In this document: positions 1 to 9,766 of the stretch, piece after piece
Numbering within the stretch: position 1 is the first letter of the stretch
Layout of the letters: every line of letters starts with the position of its first letter
Source: an uncultured Prevotella sp.
GTDB taxonomy: Bacteria > Bacteroidota > Bacteroidia > Bacteroidales > Bacteroidaceae
Assembly (NCBI GenBank): GCA_937916405.1
Contig: CALFUF010000049.1
Span: forward strand, 3,750-67,749
DNA length: 64,000 nucleotides
Direction: 5' to 3'
Position numbers and translations under genes: made by a program
The notes under the pieces: model-generated
The model's input: only the letters and a program-made list of their open reading frames with translations
Told to the model about the DNA's origin: nothing
Databases searched by the model: none

Positions 1-848
1 TCTGCCCTTTGCATATTAGACAAATAATTCAGCACGGTCGTCTTATTAATCTCAAGATAGGAGGAGAGTTTTGAAATGTTAACCTCATAAGGAACATTAT
101 CTGACAAGTACATCAACATCGCCTTGAGTTTACGAGTGTATGCAGGCTCTACCCCACAGAATTGAGTCATCTCCTGATCTATAATAAAACTGATAACGTT
201 CTCAATACGACTATAGTATTCCGTCTCATTTCCATCGTAAAAAGGATAATAACCCACACGCAAATATTCTTCAAAAAGAAGCTGAGGGCGACAAATCTCA
301 TTTACGCTATGGCTGATGGAGTCTGCATTTAATAACAGTTCATCTAACTTATGAGCAGGAACACTGATACTTTTATAGAAGCGAAGGAATTCACGAAAAG
401 AGAGACCTGCCATTTGGTAACTAAGAACCCGTCTGGATAAGTCTGCATCTGCATTTAATATTTGGATTAGTGACGATCCCGTAAACGTTACTTTCATATC
501 AGGATAGAGATCAATGATTTCTTTAATCTCTTTGCTCCATGTTGGATATTTGTGTACTTCGTCCAAGAAAAGGTGCTTTCCTCCAACCAGATGAAAATGT
601 TCCGCTAAATCTAAGAGTGTATGATTGGTAAAATACATACTATCCATAACACAATACAGAGCCTTTCCTGCTTGTACTCCATATTTCTGTTTAATATATT
701 GGCGTATCAAAGTCGTCTTTCCAACGCCGCGTGATCCACGTATAGCAACAAGCTGTTTTTCCCAATTTATGTCATTCATGATTTCACGTATAATTTTCAT
801 GCTGACTTGGGATATCAGTATCTGATGTTTCTTAAATAATGTTTCCAT
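1..848 (-). CDS. AAA family ATPase (AAA_14-like), 3' end truncated by window start
   Basis: Not in the ORF track. Manual translation from ATG at 848 gives METLFKKHQILISQ...AIRGSRGVGKTTL (Walker A)...HLFLDEVHKYPTWS (Walker B)...TFTGSS; the frame runs off the window. Confidence 0.85.
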   Translation of the reverse strand, partial: METLFKKHQILISQVSMKIIREIMNDINWEKQLVAIRGSRGVGKTTLIRQYIKQKYGVQAGKALYCVMDSMYFTNHTLLDLAEHFHLVGGKHLFLDEVHKYPTWSKEIKEIIDLYPDMKVTFTGSSLIQILNADADLSRRVLSYQMAGLSFREFLRFYKSISVPAHKLDELLLNADSISHSVNEICRPQLLFEEYLRVGYYPFYDGNETEYYSRIENVISFIIDQEMTQFCGVEPAYTRKLKAMLMYLSDNVPYEVNISKLSSYLEINKTTVLNYLSNMQRA

Positions 849-1009
849 TTCTACTACTATTTTAGACTTATCTGGATGCAAATATACGAAAGTTTAGTCG
901 ACCAACCAAAAAAATGAAGAAAAAGGTGATTGGACTAAACGATTTTTATAACTTTTCACTTATTACACTAACCTTTTCTCGATTAACTCCGCCATTTGGC
1001 AGAATTTTA

Positions 1010-1071
1010 TTCGGCTGTTTGGCTGTTTTTTATTCAGCTATTTGGACGTATTCCGTTCGGCTATTTGGACG
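1010..1071. repeat. Three degenerate copies of TTCRGCTRTTTGG at 23-bp period
   Basis: Copies start at 1010, 1033 and 1056, between a GT stop and the ATPase promoter. Confidence 0.6.
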
Positions 1072-1088
1072 GACATCATTCAACAATG

Positions 1089-2201
1089 TTAGGAAAGAGA
1101 GGTTAACTTCTCAAAGAGTTCTTTCCACATGGGCATGATTTTGTCTGCAGAGAAGCGATGGGAAGATGCGATGGCGCACTGCCCCATTTCCTTTCGCAAC
1201 TCCTCATTAGCCATGAGCTGACATAGCCGATCGGCAAATGCTTGGCGGTCATGTAGGGGAACTATAAAGCCATCCTTTCCATCTGAAATAATACTGGCTG
1301 GACCATAAGGACTGGCATAGGAGACTACAGGCAGTCCACAACTCATTGCCTCTGGAATCACCAAACCAAAAGGCTCATAAAGAGAAGTCAACACAAAAAT
1401 ACTACTATTGCAATAAGCTTCAAAGATATCTTTGGTCGGCTGATGTAATTCTATGTTCATATTCAGTGCTTCCGCCTCCTGTTGATATTGATCCCACAAC
1501 TCACCTTCACCATATAAATCTAAATGCCAATCAGCGAATTTGGGATAGATTGACTTCCAAATGGCAAAAAGTTCACCAATTCCTTTTTGTTCAGCAAACC
1601 TGCCTACAAAAATGACACGCTTCTCCTTCCCAGAACTATATTGAGGCAAGGGATTCATTTGAACAATATTAGGAATCACCAGAACATTTTTACTTATACG
1701 TTTCCAGTTTTCCGCATCACCATCTGTCAAAGTCACTAAGGCATCTGCTTTACCAATCCAATAATTATTTATCCACGTTTGCATCCGATGAAACAACGTA
1801 TCAGGACGCAAAAAATTAATATGGGACTCTACGATAAGGGGAATCCCACCCTTCACCTTCAACAATGGTCTAACATCCTGAATGGATGTACACACTATCA
1901 CATCGGGGCGAATGACATCCAAATGTTCCTGTAAGAGCTTATGATATATCTGCGACATTTGGCGATAAATAAAAGGTCTACGCCACCACTTATATTGATA
2001 CCGTCGATGAAATCGGATATTCAAATCTATGAAATGCGCCCGTTCGTCCAAGTCGTATGGAATCTTGTGCTGCCCTTGGTCTGAAGTTATCATATAGACT
2101 TCATAGCCATAGTGATGAACCAAGTAGTTCATCTTATCTACAAAGATGCGTTCCACCCCACCCCAAATAGCCAGAGAATGATATAAATATACGAGTTTCA
2201 T
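1089..2201 (-). CDS. Glycosyltransferase family 4 (GT-B)
   Basis: GGVERI N-terminus, FVGRFAEQKG, EPFGLVIPEAMSCGLPVV motif. Confidence 0.9.
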   Translation of the reverse strand: MKLVYLYHSLAIWGGVERIFVDKMNYLVHHYGYEVYMITSDQGQHKIPYDLDERAHFIDLNIRFHRRYQYKWWRRPFIYRQMSQIYHKLLQEHLDVIRPDVIVCTSIQDVRPLLKVKGGIPLIVESHINFLRPDTLFHRMQTWINNYWIGKADALVTLTDGDAENWKRISKNVLVIPNIVQMNPLPQYSSGKEKRVIFVGRFAEQKGIGELFAIWKSIYPKFADWHLDLYGEGELWDQYQQEAEALNMNIELHQPTKDIFEAYCNSSIFVLTSLYEPFGLVIPEAMSCGLPVVSYASPYGPASIISDGKDGFIVPLHDRQAFADRLCQLMANEELRKEMGQCAIASSHRFSADKIMPMWKELFEKLTSLS

Positions 2202-3049
2202 TTATTCATAATCAAATTATCTTCTTGATCATCATAATGGTCTACTTGATAGAAAATACGAGATATTCCTCTTAACTGAGATTTTACATTATTCACAAGA
2301 CTCTTCCAAATAGAATTGCTTCCAATAGTGCCGTAGCCTGTAACAGGTCGTATTTTACGATTATAGACAAATGAGATCTTGCCAAATTTCTTTAATTCTA
2401 AGGCTAAAGAGCCATCTTCACCTCTTCGAATATCAGTACGTATTTTTATCTGTTTTGCGTAATCTGCTTTAAAAGCCATCACCATACCACGGACACAGAG
2501 TTCTGGACGTTTAAAATGTTGAACCCACAGGAAAATATCACGAATCAATTCATATATATATAAACTAAAAAGAGAATGATTCTTATCAGGATAAAAGCTC
2601 CAAAAAGTACTAACACAAGCAACTTCTGGTTGAGTCAGTTTTTCCATCATTACATCAACATATTCAGCAGGATAAAAAGTGTCGGCATCTATATAGAAAT
2701 GGTATTTACCCTTGGCATGTTGCAATCCACATTGACGAGCAAATCCTGGACTCTGACGAGGTTCATTAAAGTAAGGGACCCCTAATACTTTATAAATATC
2801 TTCCGTTTTATCCGCTGAGTTATTATTAACACCAAGTATTTCTATCGGATATTTTGATTTAATCTCGCTAAGTGACCATAGGCACGCTGCCAAACGCTTC
2901 TCCTCGTTATATGCACACACCACTATAGACACTAATGGGTCTATCGCTTGCACTGAGGCTAACTGACTTTTAATATCAGTAACAATATTGGGAGGAACCT
3001 CACTAAAAGGTTTCCCGTAGATACTCATGTATTTATCGTACCATGCCAT
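2198..3049 (-). CDS. Glycosyltransferase family 2
   Basis: VSIVVCAYNEE, NNNSAD, IDAD motif; ATG at 3049 (MAWYDKY) preferred over the track start at 3088. Confidence 0.85.
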   Translation of the reverse strand: MAWYDKYMSIYGKPFSEVPPNIVTDIKSQLASVQAIDPLVSIVVCAYNEEKRLAACLWSLSEIKSKYPIEILGVNNNSADKTEDIYKVLGVPYFNEPRQSPGFARQCGLQHAKGKYHFYIDADTFYPAEYVDVMMEKLTQPEVACVSTFWSFYPDKNHSLFSLYIYELIRDIFLWVQHFKRPELCVRGMVMAFKADYAKQIKIRTDIRRGEDGSLALELKKFGKISFVYNRKIRPVTGYGTIGSNSIWKSLVNNVKSQLRGISRIFYQVDHYDDQEDNLIMNK

Positions 3050-3220
3050 AGACTCGTATCTTTTCTGCAAAGATACATAATATTTCACAGAGTATCAAAA
3101 AAAAGAAAAAAAAAGAGTAAATTCATAAAAAAATATTACCCTTAATTCCGCAGCACTTTAGTTTAACTATCTTTATAACGTAATAATCTTCAGGAAAAGA
3201 TAAATAATAGAAAAATAAAA

Positions 3221-3337
3221 CGACCTGTACGGTTGAAAAAGTTCTCTGAAGAAGCTATAAAACGAGCAAAAACATTCGATATAGATGTCATAATGGAGAA
3301 ATGGAAGGATTTATTTGAAAGACTCTGTGCTACTTAA
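3221..3337 (+). pseudogene. 3' remnant of a GT4 glycosyltransferase gene
   Basis: Reads RPVRLKKFSEEAIKRAKTFDIDVIMEKWKDLFERLCAT*, matching the C-termini of neighbouring GT4s (RFSADKIMPMWKELFEKL; RFSIDKIAQQWKCLFDKI). Confidence 0.7.
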
Positions 3338-4301
3338 AAGAGCGTAGCCATAGATAGGTAAACGGCATGTTCTCAAAAAGAAATGAAAAAATTTTCTGTT
3401 TGAATCCATTAGAGAAATACATATCAGGAACACGCCTTCTAAGGTCTTTAACTATTTCACTCCTATGGCGATATAATTCTTTTTCTTTTGTCAGATACCA
3501 CATTTCTATGGACAATGTACAAAATATTATATCTTGAAGTTTTAATAACTGTTTGCTTGAGAGAGTAAGTCTATTTTTTAAATTCCAAAGATATTCAATA
3601 ATGGTATTGAAGTCAAAAATTTTCTTCACATTAATACTAGAAACTATTGAATTTGAATGCTGTAAATATACGTAAAAAGATATTGGCACAGAAATACACT
3701 TTTCTGCTTTTAAATAACATTCCACAGTAAAAGGAATATCTTCAAAATATATACCAGGCAGAAAATTTATATGATTTTCCAGCAAAAAATCCCTTCGATA
3801 TAATTTGCACCACACATAACATTCCCTTGGATTAAGATAGTTAATGAAAGCCTCTTCTCCTAACAAAATTGTTGTTTCTATTTCAGATTTAGAAACTGCA
3901 TCTGGCGTATAATCTACTATTTGTCCATCACACAACTTTACAAATTTACCCATAACCATATCCACAGACGAGTTAATAGCAACATCCAATAATGGTTTGA
4001 GAGTGTCATCTACAAGAAAATCATCAGAATCAACAAAAAGAATATACTCACCTGAAGCTCTCGCTAAACCAATATTTCGAGCAACTGACAGTCCTCTATT
4101 CTCTTGATTTATAACTATTACATTTGAATGCTTCTGGATAATCTTTGAAATTAACTCCATACTTCTATCCTTTGTACCATCATTTACAATAATGAGTTCA
4201 AAAGTGCTTTCATCCATTCCTTGGCAAAAAACACTCTCGATGCATTTGGAGATATACTTTTCAACATTATAGACAGGAACTATAACACTCAACTGCATCA
4301 T
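3330..4301 (-). CDS. Glycosyltransferase family 2
   Basis: LSVIVPVYNVEKY, VNDGTKD, GLSVARN, FVDSDD. Confidence 0.9.
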   Translation of the reverse strand: MMQLSVIVPVYNVEKYISKCIESVFCQGMDESTFELIIVNDGTKDRSMELISKIIQKHSNVIVINQENRGLSVARNIGLARASGEYILFVDSDDFLVDDTLKPLLDVAINSSVDMVMGKFVKLCDGQIVDYTPDAVSKSEIETTILLGEEAFINYLNPRECYVWCKLYRRDFLLENHINFLPGIYFEDIPFTVECYLKAEKCISVPISFYVYLQHSNSIVSSINVKKIFDFNTIIEYLWNLKNRLTLSSKQLLKLQDIIFCTLSIEMWYLTKEKELYRHRSEIVKDLRRRVPDMYFSNGFKQKIFSFLFENMPFTYLWLRSFK

Positions 4302-4302
4302 A

Positions 4303-5067
4303 TTATGATTTCTTAAATTTCCATGGCATCAGGAATGTCTCCACTCTACGCACTAGGTTCCGCCCAAAAAATTTAACAAAAACCGCTCTTATGCGATAAT
4401 ATACTTTAGCCTTAGGTGAAAACCATGAATTCTGATAGTGATGGATAGCATATGTATAAGGAGTAATTTCTACTTCACGAGAGTCAAAAACCTTAGGAGA
4501 GAAGAATGCATCATTAAACACCAACACTTCTTTCTGCATGTCCAATTGACGGATATTCAAACTGTCTTCTATGGATAACACCCGAACGGGTTTTATCTGC
4601 TCTATCTGGCGAATCATAATGTCAGGAACAGTCTGGATATTAAAGCTTCCATCATTATTAATAAATAGACGATCCTTATAGTAATCAAGGCACTGTTTTA
4701 TCCATTCACACCCCTTCTCCGCACCCATAATAGCAGCCTCAGGAGTCTGCGCTTTCTCGGCACCCAAAAAATAGGGAAGGTCGAGTAAGTCATCAAAACT
4801 CTTTAATACCTCTACATCTGAATCTAAATAAATACCTCCAAAATGATATAAGGCATAGAAACGAATATAATCAGCAGCAAAGGCATATTTTTTCCTTTCA
4901 AATGCTTGCCGCACCCAAACAGAATTATTTATATCAAAACGATTAGTATCCCATAGGATAACCTTATAATCAGAAAGATATTTTTCCCATGACTGCAGAC
5001 ATTTCGCAATCTTTGGAGGATAAGGGTCTCCACTCAACCAACAAAGATGGATTATTTTAGGTATCAT
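4303..5067 (-). CDS. Glycosyltransferase family 32-like (DXD sugar-binding)
   Basis: MIPKIIHLCW, ADYIRFYALY..GGIYLDSD. Confidence 0.88.
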   Translation of the reverse strand: MIPKIIHLCWLSGDPYPPKIAKCLQSWEKYLSDYKVILWDTNRFDINNSVWVRQAFERKKYAFAADYIRFYALYHFGGIYLDSDVEVLKSFDDLLDLPYFLGAEKAQTPEAAIMGAEKGCEWIKQCLDYYKDRLFINNDGSFNIQTVPDIMIRQIEQIKPVRVLSIEDSLNIRQLDMQKEVLVFNDAFFSPKVFDSREVEITPYTYAIHHYQNSWFSPKAKVYYRIRAVFVKFFGRNLVRRVETFLMPWKFKKS

Positions 5068-5196
5068 ACTGATAGACGAATTAGTAATTTACATTTTTAG
5101 ATATAATAATGCAAAGTTAAGTAATTTTACTGAATAAAACAAATAAATCATAAATAATCTCGTTGTCTGTGGTAAGCCACTCAAATTCAAATTCCG

Positions 5197-6321
5197 TCAA
5201 TGTGAAAAAAGGGCATCTACGACTTCTTTCATCTGATACTTCCATTGTAATTGCTCTATTGTCTTACGAATTTCCTCAGGCTTCAAAGAGAAGCTTTCCA
5301 CGAAATCAACAATTTGTTGAATACCAATGGGAGATTCGTCTGCAGGAGCCTTGATGATATAGTGCTGGTGATCAAAATCTGAATCACATTCAGAATAAAT
5401 GAATGGAATACCACGACAAGCATATTCGCGGTTTTTTAGTGTCTTAATTTGGGTGATACCACTGCGATGACGACCCAAACTTCCTACAGCAAAGGCACAT
5501 TGAGCAAACACTTTATCAAGTTCTTCCCCAAACAATTTACCATGAAAAATAACAAATTTCCCAATATGGTACTCGTTAATAATTTTAGAGAATTGCTCCA
5601 TAAGCACATCGGGTACCCCACCAACAACATGAAAATAAACAGGTTTGGGTATTTCTGATTGACTGTAATACAGTCCTAATCCTGCAATCAAACGATCAAA
5701 GCCATGCCAAGGATGCACTTCGGCAACCCCGATTAAATGAAGTTCATTAGAAGTGTCGACAACAGGCTGTAGGGGCAATGTATCTGGATCTATTCCGTTA
5801 CTTATATTGATTGTCCGCTGACCAAAGATTTCTTTATCATCAGAAAAAGTTACTATGGCATCCATATAGGAAGCCAAACGACGGCGGAACAGCTTGTCAA
5901 AGATATGCTCGAATTTATATTTCAAAGGGAGAGACTCAAACTCCTTATCATACGGATAAGTAGGTATTTCCATCACACACTTTGTTCCACTTTGCTTCAA
6001 CCGCTTAAACAAACGGATATTAAATGGTGAGGCATTCATAAAACTACGGACATAAACCAATTCTACAGCATTCGTTTTACAATAGTCTACAATGCAACCG
6101 TAACTCATACGTTGCCATACTGAAGAGAATAGTCCTTTTCCATAATTTTTGATCACCTTACCATCAACATAACGACATCGATCGCCTTCTGGGGAAATAT
6201 CATAAAAACAGACATGAACCTCATGCCCGTTTTGACGGAGTCCTTTGATCTGCGCCAGCATCTTTTTACTAATGCCACTCGCCTTCTCAAATCCATGGTA
6301 TGTCAAAAATAGTATTCTCAT
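5197..6321 (-). CDS. GT-B fold glycosyltransferase (GT4-like)
   Basis: MRILFL start at 6321, GISKK, WHGFDRLI, LKNREYACRGIPF. Confidence 0.8.
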   Translation of the reverse strand: MRILFLTYHGFEKASGISKKMLAQIKGLRQNGHEVHVCFYDISPEGDRCRYVDGKVIKNYGKGLFSSVWQRMSYGCIVDYCKTNAVELVYVRSFMNASPFNIRLFKRLKQSGTKCVMEIPTYPYDKEFESLPLKYKFEHIFDKLFRRRLASYMDAIVTFSDDKEIFGQRTINISNGIDPDTLPLQPVVDTSNELHLIGVAEVHPWHGFDRLIAGLGLYYSQSEIPKPVYFHVVGGVPDVLMEQFSKIINEYHIGKFVIFHGKLFGEELDKVFAQCAFAVGSLGRHRSGITQIKTLKNREYACRGIPFIYSECDSDFDHQHYIIKAPADESPIGIQQIVDFVESFSLKPEEIRKTIEQLQWKYQMKEVVDALFSH

Positions 6322-6352
6322 ATAGCTACTGATTGCAAAAATACTGAATATT

Positions 6353-7384
6353 TTAAAAAAAATGACGTATCTTATCGACAAAATATACAACTAATGTCAT
6401 CAGACGTGCCGGCAATATAGTTAGCAACTTATAAATACAACATTTTATATTGCCAAGACGAACTGTCTGCACGAAGGTCAAGGGTGAATATAAAATAGTT
6501 TGAATTTCTTCGTTACTAAAACCAGGATATATAATTTTACGTTTCTTCAAGATATCACGAATCATATAAAAATCCGTATCGAGGACGAACGTTAGCCATG
6601 AGGAGAAATATGATTTATCAAGTAGCCTTTTATAACCTTTTTTTAAGGTATCTATTGTCGCTATATTACGTAAAACCTCTTCTTTGGATATCTTATCTCT
6701 AAACTGAAAATTTGATAAAGAAAGCCCATGACAGTTATAATGGTAAGTGATATCTGGTAATAATACGACATGGGTGACATAGGTTGCCAACTCATACTTA
6801 AAAGCCAAATCCTCCCAGAAGTTTGTATCCACAAAACGAAGTCCGCATTTCCTTATAAAAGCCAAATCCATCAGCATATTCCAGACATTTGCATTGATGG
6901 CACCATAACGGTGAAAGGCATAAGTTGCGAACTGATTATCTTCTGTGAAAACTTTTTGAGGTAATATATAATTATGAGTAACGGGGTTTTCATCAAAGGT
7001 CTCCATACGCTGATATGAAGCCATTACAACTTGTGCGCCATTATCTTCAGCTGCCTTCCACATCTTTTCTATTGTGTCAGGCTCTATCGTATCATCTGCA
7101 TCCATAAAATACATATATTTTCCTCGTGCCTCATCAAGAATCCTATTACGCGTCTGCCCTATTCCCATATTATTGAGTTGATGAACAATACGAATATCTG
7201 TTCCACGAGGATGTTTTTTCTGTATTTCCTCAACAATATCTATTGAACTGTCTGTTCCGCAATCGTCCAACACAAGAAAGTCTATACTGTCGAATGTCTG
7301 TGATAATGCAGACTCCAAACTTTTCCTGATGTATTTCTCTGCATTATAGACAGGTATTCCTATAGTTACTTCATAGTTGCTCAT
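6353..7384 (-). CDS. Glycosyltransferase family 2
   Basis: TIGIPVYNAEKY, DDCGTD, FMDADD. Confidence 0.9.
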   Translation of the reverse strand: MSNYEVTIGIPVYNAEKYIRKSLESALSQTFDSIDFLVLDDCGTDSSIDIVEEIQKKHPRGTDIRIVHQLNNMGIGQTRNRILDEARGKYMYFMDADDTIEPDTIEKMWKAAEDNGAQVVMASYQRMETFDENPVTHNYILPQKVFTEDNQFATYAFHRYGAINANVWNMLMDLAFIRKCGLRFVDTNFWEDLAFKYELATYVTHVVLLPDITYHYNCHGLSLSNFQFRDKISKEEVLRNIATIDTLKKGYKRLLDKSYFSSWLTFVLDTDFYMIRDILKKRKIIYPGFSNEEIQTILYSPLTFVQTVRLGNIKCCIYKLLTILPARLMTLVVYFVDKIRHFF

Positions 7385-7399
7385 ATAGTTATAGGCTAG

Positions 7400-8557
7400 T
7401 TAAGTAACTATTTTATCAAAAAGACACTTCCATTGTTGAGCTATCTTATCAATACTAAAACGGTGAACATTTCGCTGAGCGGCAACAGCCATTTCCTTTC
7501 GTTTTGTATCATCCTCCATCAAAAGAAGTAATCCCTTTGCTAAAACTGACGGATTTCCATTTTCTACCAACAATCCATCTTCACCATCTCTTATAATCGA
7601 CTGTGGTCCCCACGGGCAGTCAAAAGCAACAACTGGCAAACCGCACGACATTGCTTCTATCATCACCATGCCAAATCCCTCGAAACGTGAACTTAGAACA
7701 AAGATACTACTGCTAAAGTACTCTTTTTCCACATCATCAGTACGTCCATGAAGTTTACATCTCGTCTTATCAACACCAAGTTGGTTTATCTGAACCTCGT
7801 ACGGCGTTCTGTCACCATCACCAAAAACATCTAGTCGCCACTCGTCACAGCAACTCTCCACTTCCGCCCAGGCACGAAGCAACAAGTCAATTCCTTTCTC
7901 ATAGGAATATCGTGCAACAGCAATAACCCGCTTTTCTGTCTGCGGACTAACTGAGGCTGGCTCAAAAGGTAATGGATCAGGAATTGTCACTACATTGTTA
8001 AGTTCTTTCCACGCCTCTCGGTCTTTTTCCGTCAACACGACCAATGCCTCTAACTTCTGCAAATGACGAATCAAATTACCCGACCAGTATTTTGCAAAAA
8101 TATGTTTTAGCCAATTAGAATCACTGTTCTCTACATTTCGATAATTAATACGATTAACATGTATCTCTCCAATCTTTCTACTTCCATCCTTGATGCCATT
8201 AAGAAAATTAATCTCCCTACGAAGTGTACTGACTGTAATATCCGGACAAATGCGCATCAACACTTGAGTCAATAACTTTTTATATCGTCGTTGTTTTCTC
8301 AGATAGACTACGACCTTCTTAATAAAAGAACAAGTCCAAAGCTCCTCAAAATTTATTTCAAGATTAATAACCTTAACTTTACTAGATAACTGGAAGAATG
8401 AATCGCTTCCTTTACCTTCTGTAACTATAATAGTCACATCGTATCCATATTCTTCGGCAAAATATGTCGCCTTCATAGTAACGACACGTTCTATACCGCC
8501 AGCAGAATAGATTGCTGGAGTTATATATACCAGTTTGAGAGGAGCATTTTCCTTCAT
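7400..8557 (-). CDS. Glycosyltransferase family 4
   Basis: GGIERV, VARYSYEKG, EGFGMVMIEAMSCGLPVV. Confidence 0.9.
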   Translation of the reverse strand: MKENAPLKLVYITPAIYSAGGIERVVTMKATYFAEEYGYDVTIIVTEGKGSDSFFQLSSKVKVINLEINFEELWTCSFIKKVVVYLRKQRRYKKLLTQVLMRICPDITVSTLRREINFLNGIKDGSRKIGEIHVNRINYRNVENSDSNWLKHIFAKYWSGNLIRHLQKLEALVVLTEKDREAWKELNNVVTIPDPLPFEPASVSPQTEKRVIAVARYSYEKGIDLLLRAWAEVESCCDEWRLDVFGDGDRTPYEVQINQLGVDKTRCKLHGRTDDVEKEYFSSSIFVLSSRFEGFGMVMIEAMSCGLPVVAFDCPWGPQSIIRDGEDGLLVENGNPSVLAKGLLLLMEDDTKRKEMAVAAQRNVHRFSIDKIAQQWKCLFDKIVT

Positions 8558-8563
8558 TACAGA

Positions 8564-9688
8564 TTATTTCTGATAGAAATCCGCATACCATTCCGCAAAG
8601 GCACGAAGACCGTCACGAAGGGAGGTGGAGGGCTTATAGCCATAATCACACTCCAAGGCAGAGGTGTCTGCATAGGTCACGGGGACATCACCTGGTTGCA
8701 TGGGTACCAACTTCTTATGCGCCTCAAAGTCATAGTCTTCAGGAAGGACTTTGGCACGGACGAGCTCTTGTTGGAGTATATCCACGAAGGTTAACAGATT
8801 CTCTGGTTGGTTATTACCTATGTTATAAACAGCGTATGGCGGTTCGGGAAGCCCATCCTCTCCTACTTTTTTTTCAGGTGCTCCCTGCATGATACGAACT
8901 ACGCCTTCTACGATATCATCTACGTAGGTGAAGTCACGTTTACAATTACCAAAGTTGAAAATCTGAATGGTCTCGCCTTTCACCAGTTTATTGGTAAAGC
9001 CGAAGTATGCCATATCAGGACGACCGGCAGGACCATAGACGGTAAAGAAGCGTAAACCTGTAGAGGGGATATTGTAAAGCTTTGAATAAGCATGTGCCAT
9101 TAACTCATTACTCTTCTTCGTTGCCGCATAGAGTGAAACGGGATTATCCACCTTATCATCCGTAGAATACGGAATCTTCTTGTTGGAACCATAGACTGAT
9201 GAGGAACTGGCATAGACCAAATGTTCCACTCCGTGGTAAGGATGATGGATGATGGATGATGGATGAGAATTCACATTATCCATCGAATGACGACATGCTT
9301 CTAAGATATTATAGAAGCCTATTAGGTTGGATTGGATATAGGCATCAGGATTGGTGATGGAATAGCGTACACCTGCCTGTGCCGCCAGATTGACCACTAT
9401 CTGGGGATGATACTGTTCAAAAATATGATCGATGGTGGATTTGTCGGCTATATCACCCTTGACAAAAATCCACAGGTTTTTGTTCATTGAACATTGAACA
9501 TTGAGCATTGAACATTGTTCTAGTCTGAATTCTTTGAGAGACACATCATAATAGTCGTTCATATTATCGATACCGATAATCGTTGCCTCTTTTACCTCTT
9601 TAAATAAGCGTTTTACCAAGTTGCTGCCAACAAAGCCGGCAGCACCTGTTACCAATATGGTCTTTCCGTTTAAATCTATTTTCTGCAT
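8564..9688 (-). CDS. NAD-dependent epimerase, UDP-glucuronate 4-epimerase-like
   Basis: TGAAGFVG, LAAQAGVRYS, YAATKK, RFFTVYGPAGRPDMA, MQPGDV. Confidence 0.92.
   Translation of the reverse strand: MQKIDLNGKTILVTGAAGFVGSNLVKRLFKEVKEATIIGIDNMNDYYDVSLKEFRLEQCSMLNVQCSMNKNLWIFVKGDIADKSTIDHIFEQYHPQIVVNLAAQAGVRYSITNPDAYIQSNLIGFYNILEACRHSMDNVNSHPSSIIHHPYHGVEHLVYASSSSVYGSNKKIPYSTDDKVDNPVSLYAATKKSNELMAHAYSKLYNIPSTGLRFFTVYGPAGRPDMAYFGFTNKLVKGETIQIFNFGNCKRDFTYVDDIVEGVVRIMQGAPEKKVGEDGLPEPPYAVYNIGNNQPENLLTFVDILQQELVRAKVLPEDYDFEAHKKLVPMQPGDVPVTYADTSALECDYGYKPSTSLRDGLRAFAEWYADFYQK
9240..9267. repeat. Heptamer array (GGATGAT)x4 inside the epimerase CDS
   Basis: Read directly; encodes SHPSSIIHHP on the coding strand. 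Confidence 0.85.
9485..9517. repeat. Heptamer array (CATTGAA)x~4.7 inside the epimerase CDS
   Basis: Read directly; encodes QCSMLNVQCSM. Confidence 0.85.
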
Positions 9689-9710
9689 AGCATTGAAAAC
9701 TTAATTCTTG

Positions 9711-9759
9711 CAAATATATAACAAATATTTGGAACTATCAAATTTTTTTCGTACTTTTG
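9711..9759. promoter_or_regulatory. Overlapping divergent Bacteroidota sigma-A promoters
   Basis: Plus strand: TTTG 9728-9731, 20 nt, TACTTTTG 9752-9759. Minus strand: TTTG 9742-9739, 20 nt, TATATTTG 9718-9711. Confidence 0.75.
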
Positions 9760-9766
9760 TGACAAA

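Noticed and set aside
3097..3115. Poly-A tracts upstream of the GT2 gene as a phase-variation site
   Set aside because: Located in very AT-rich intergenic DNA and not clearly within a promoter spacer or CDS
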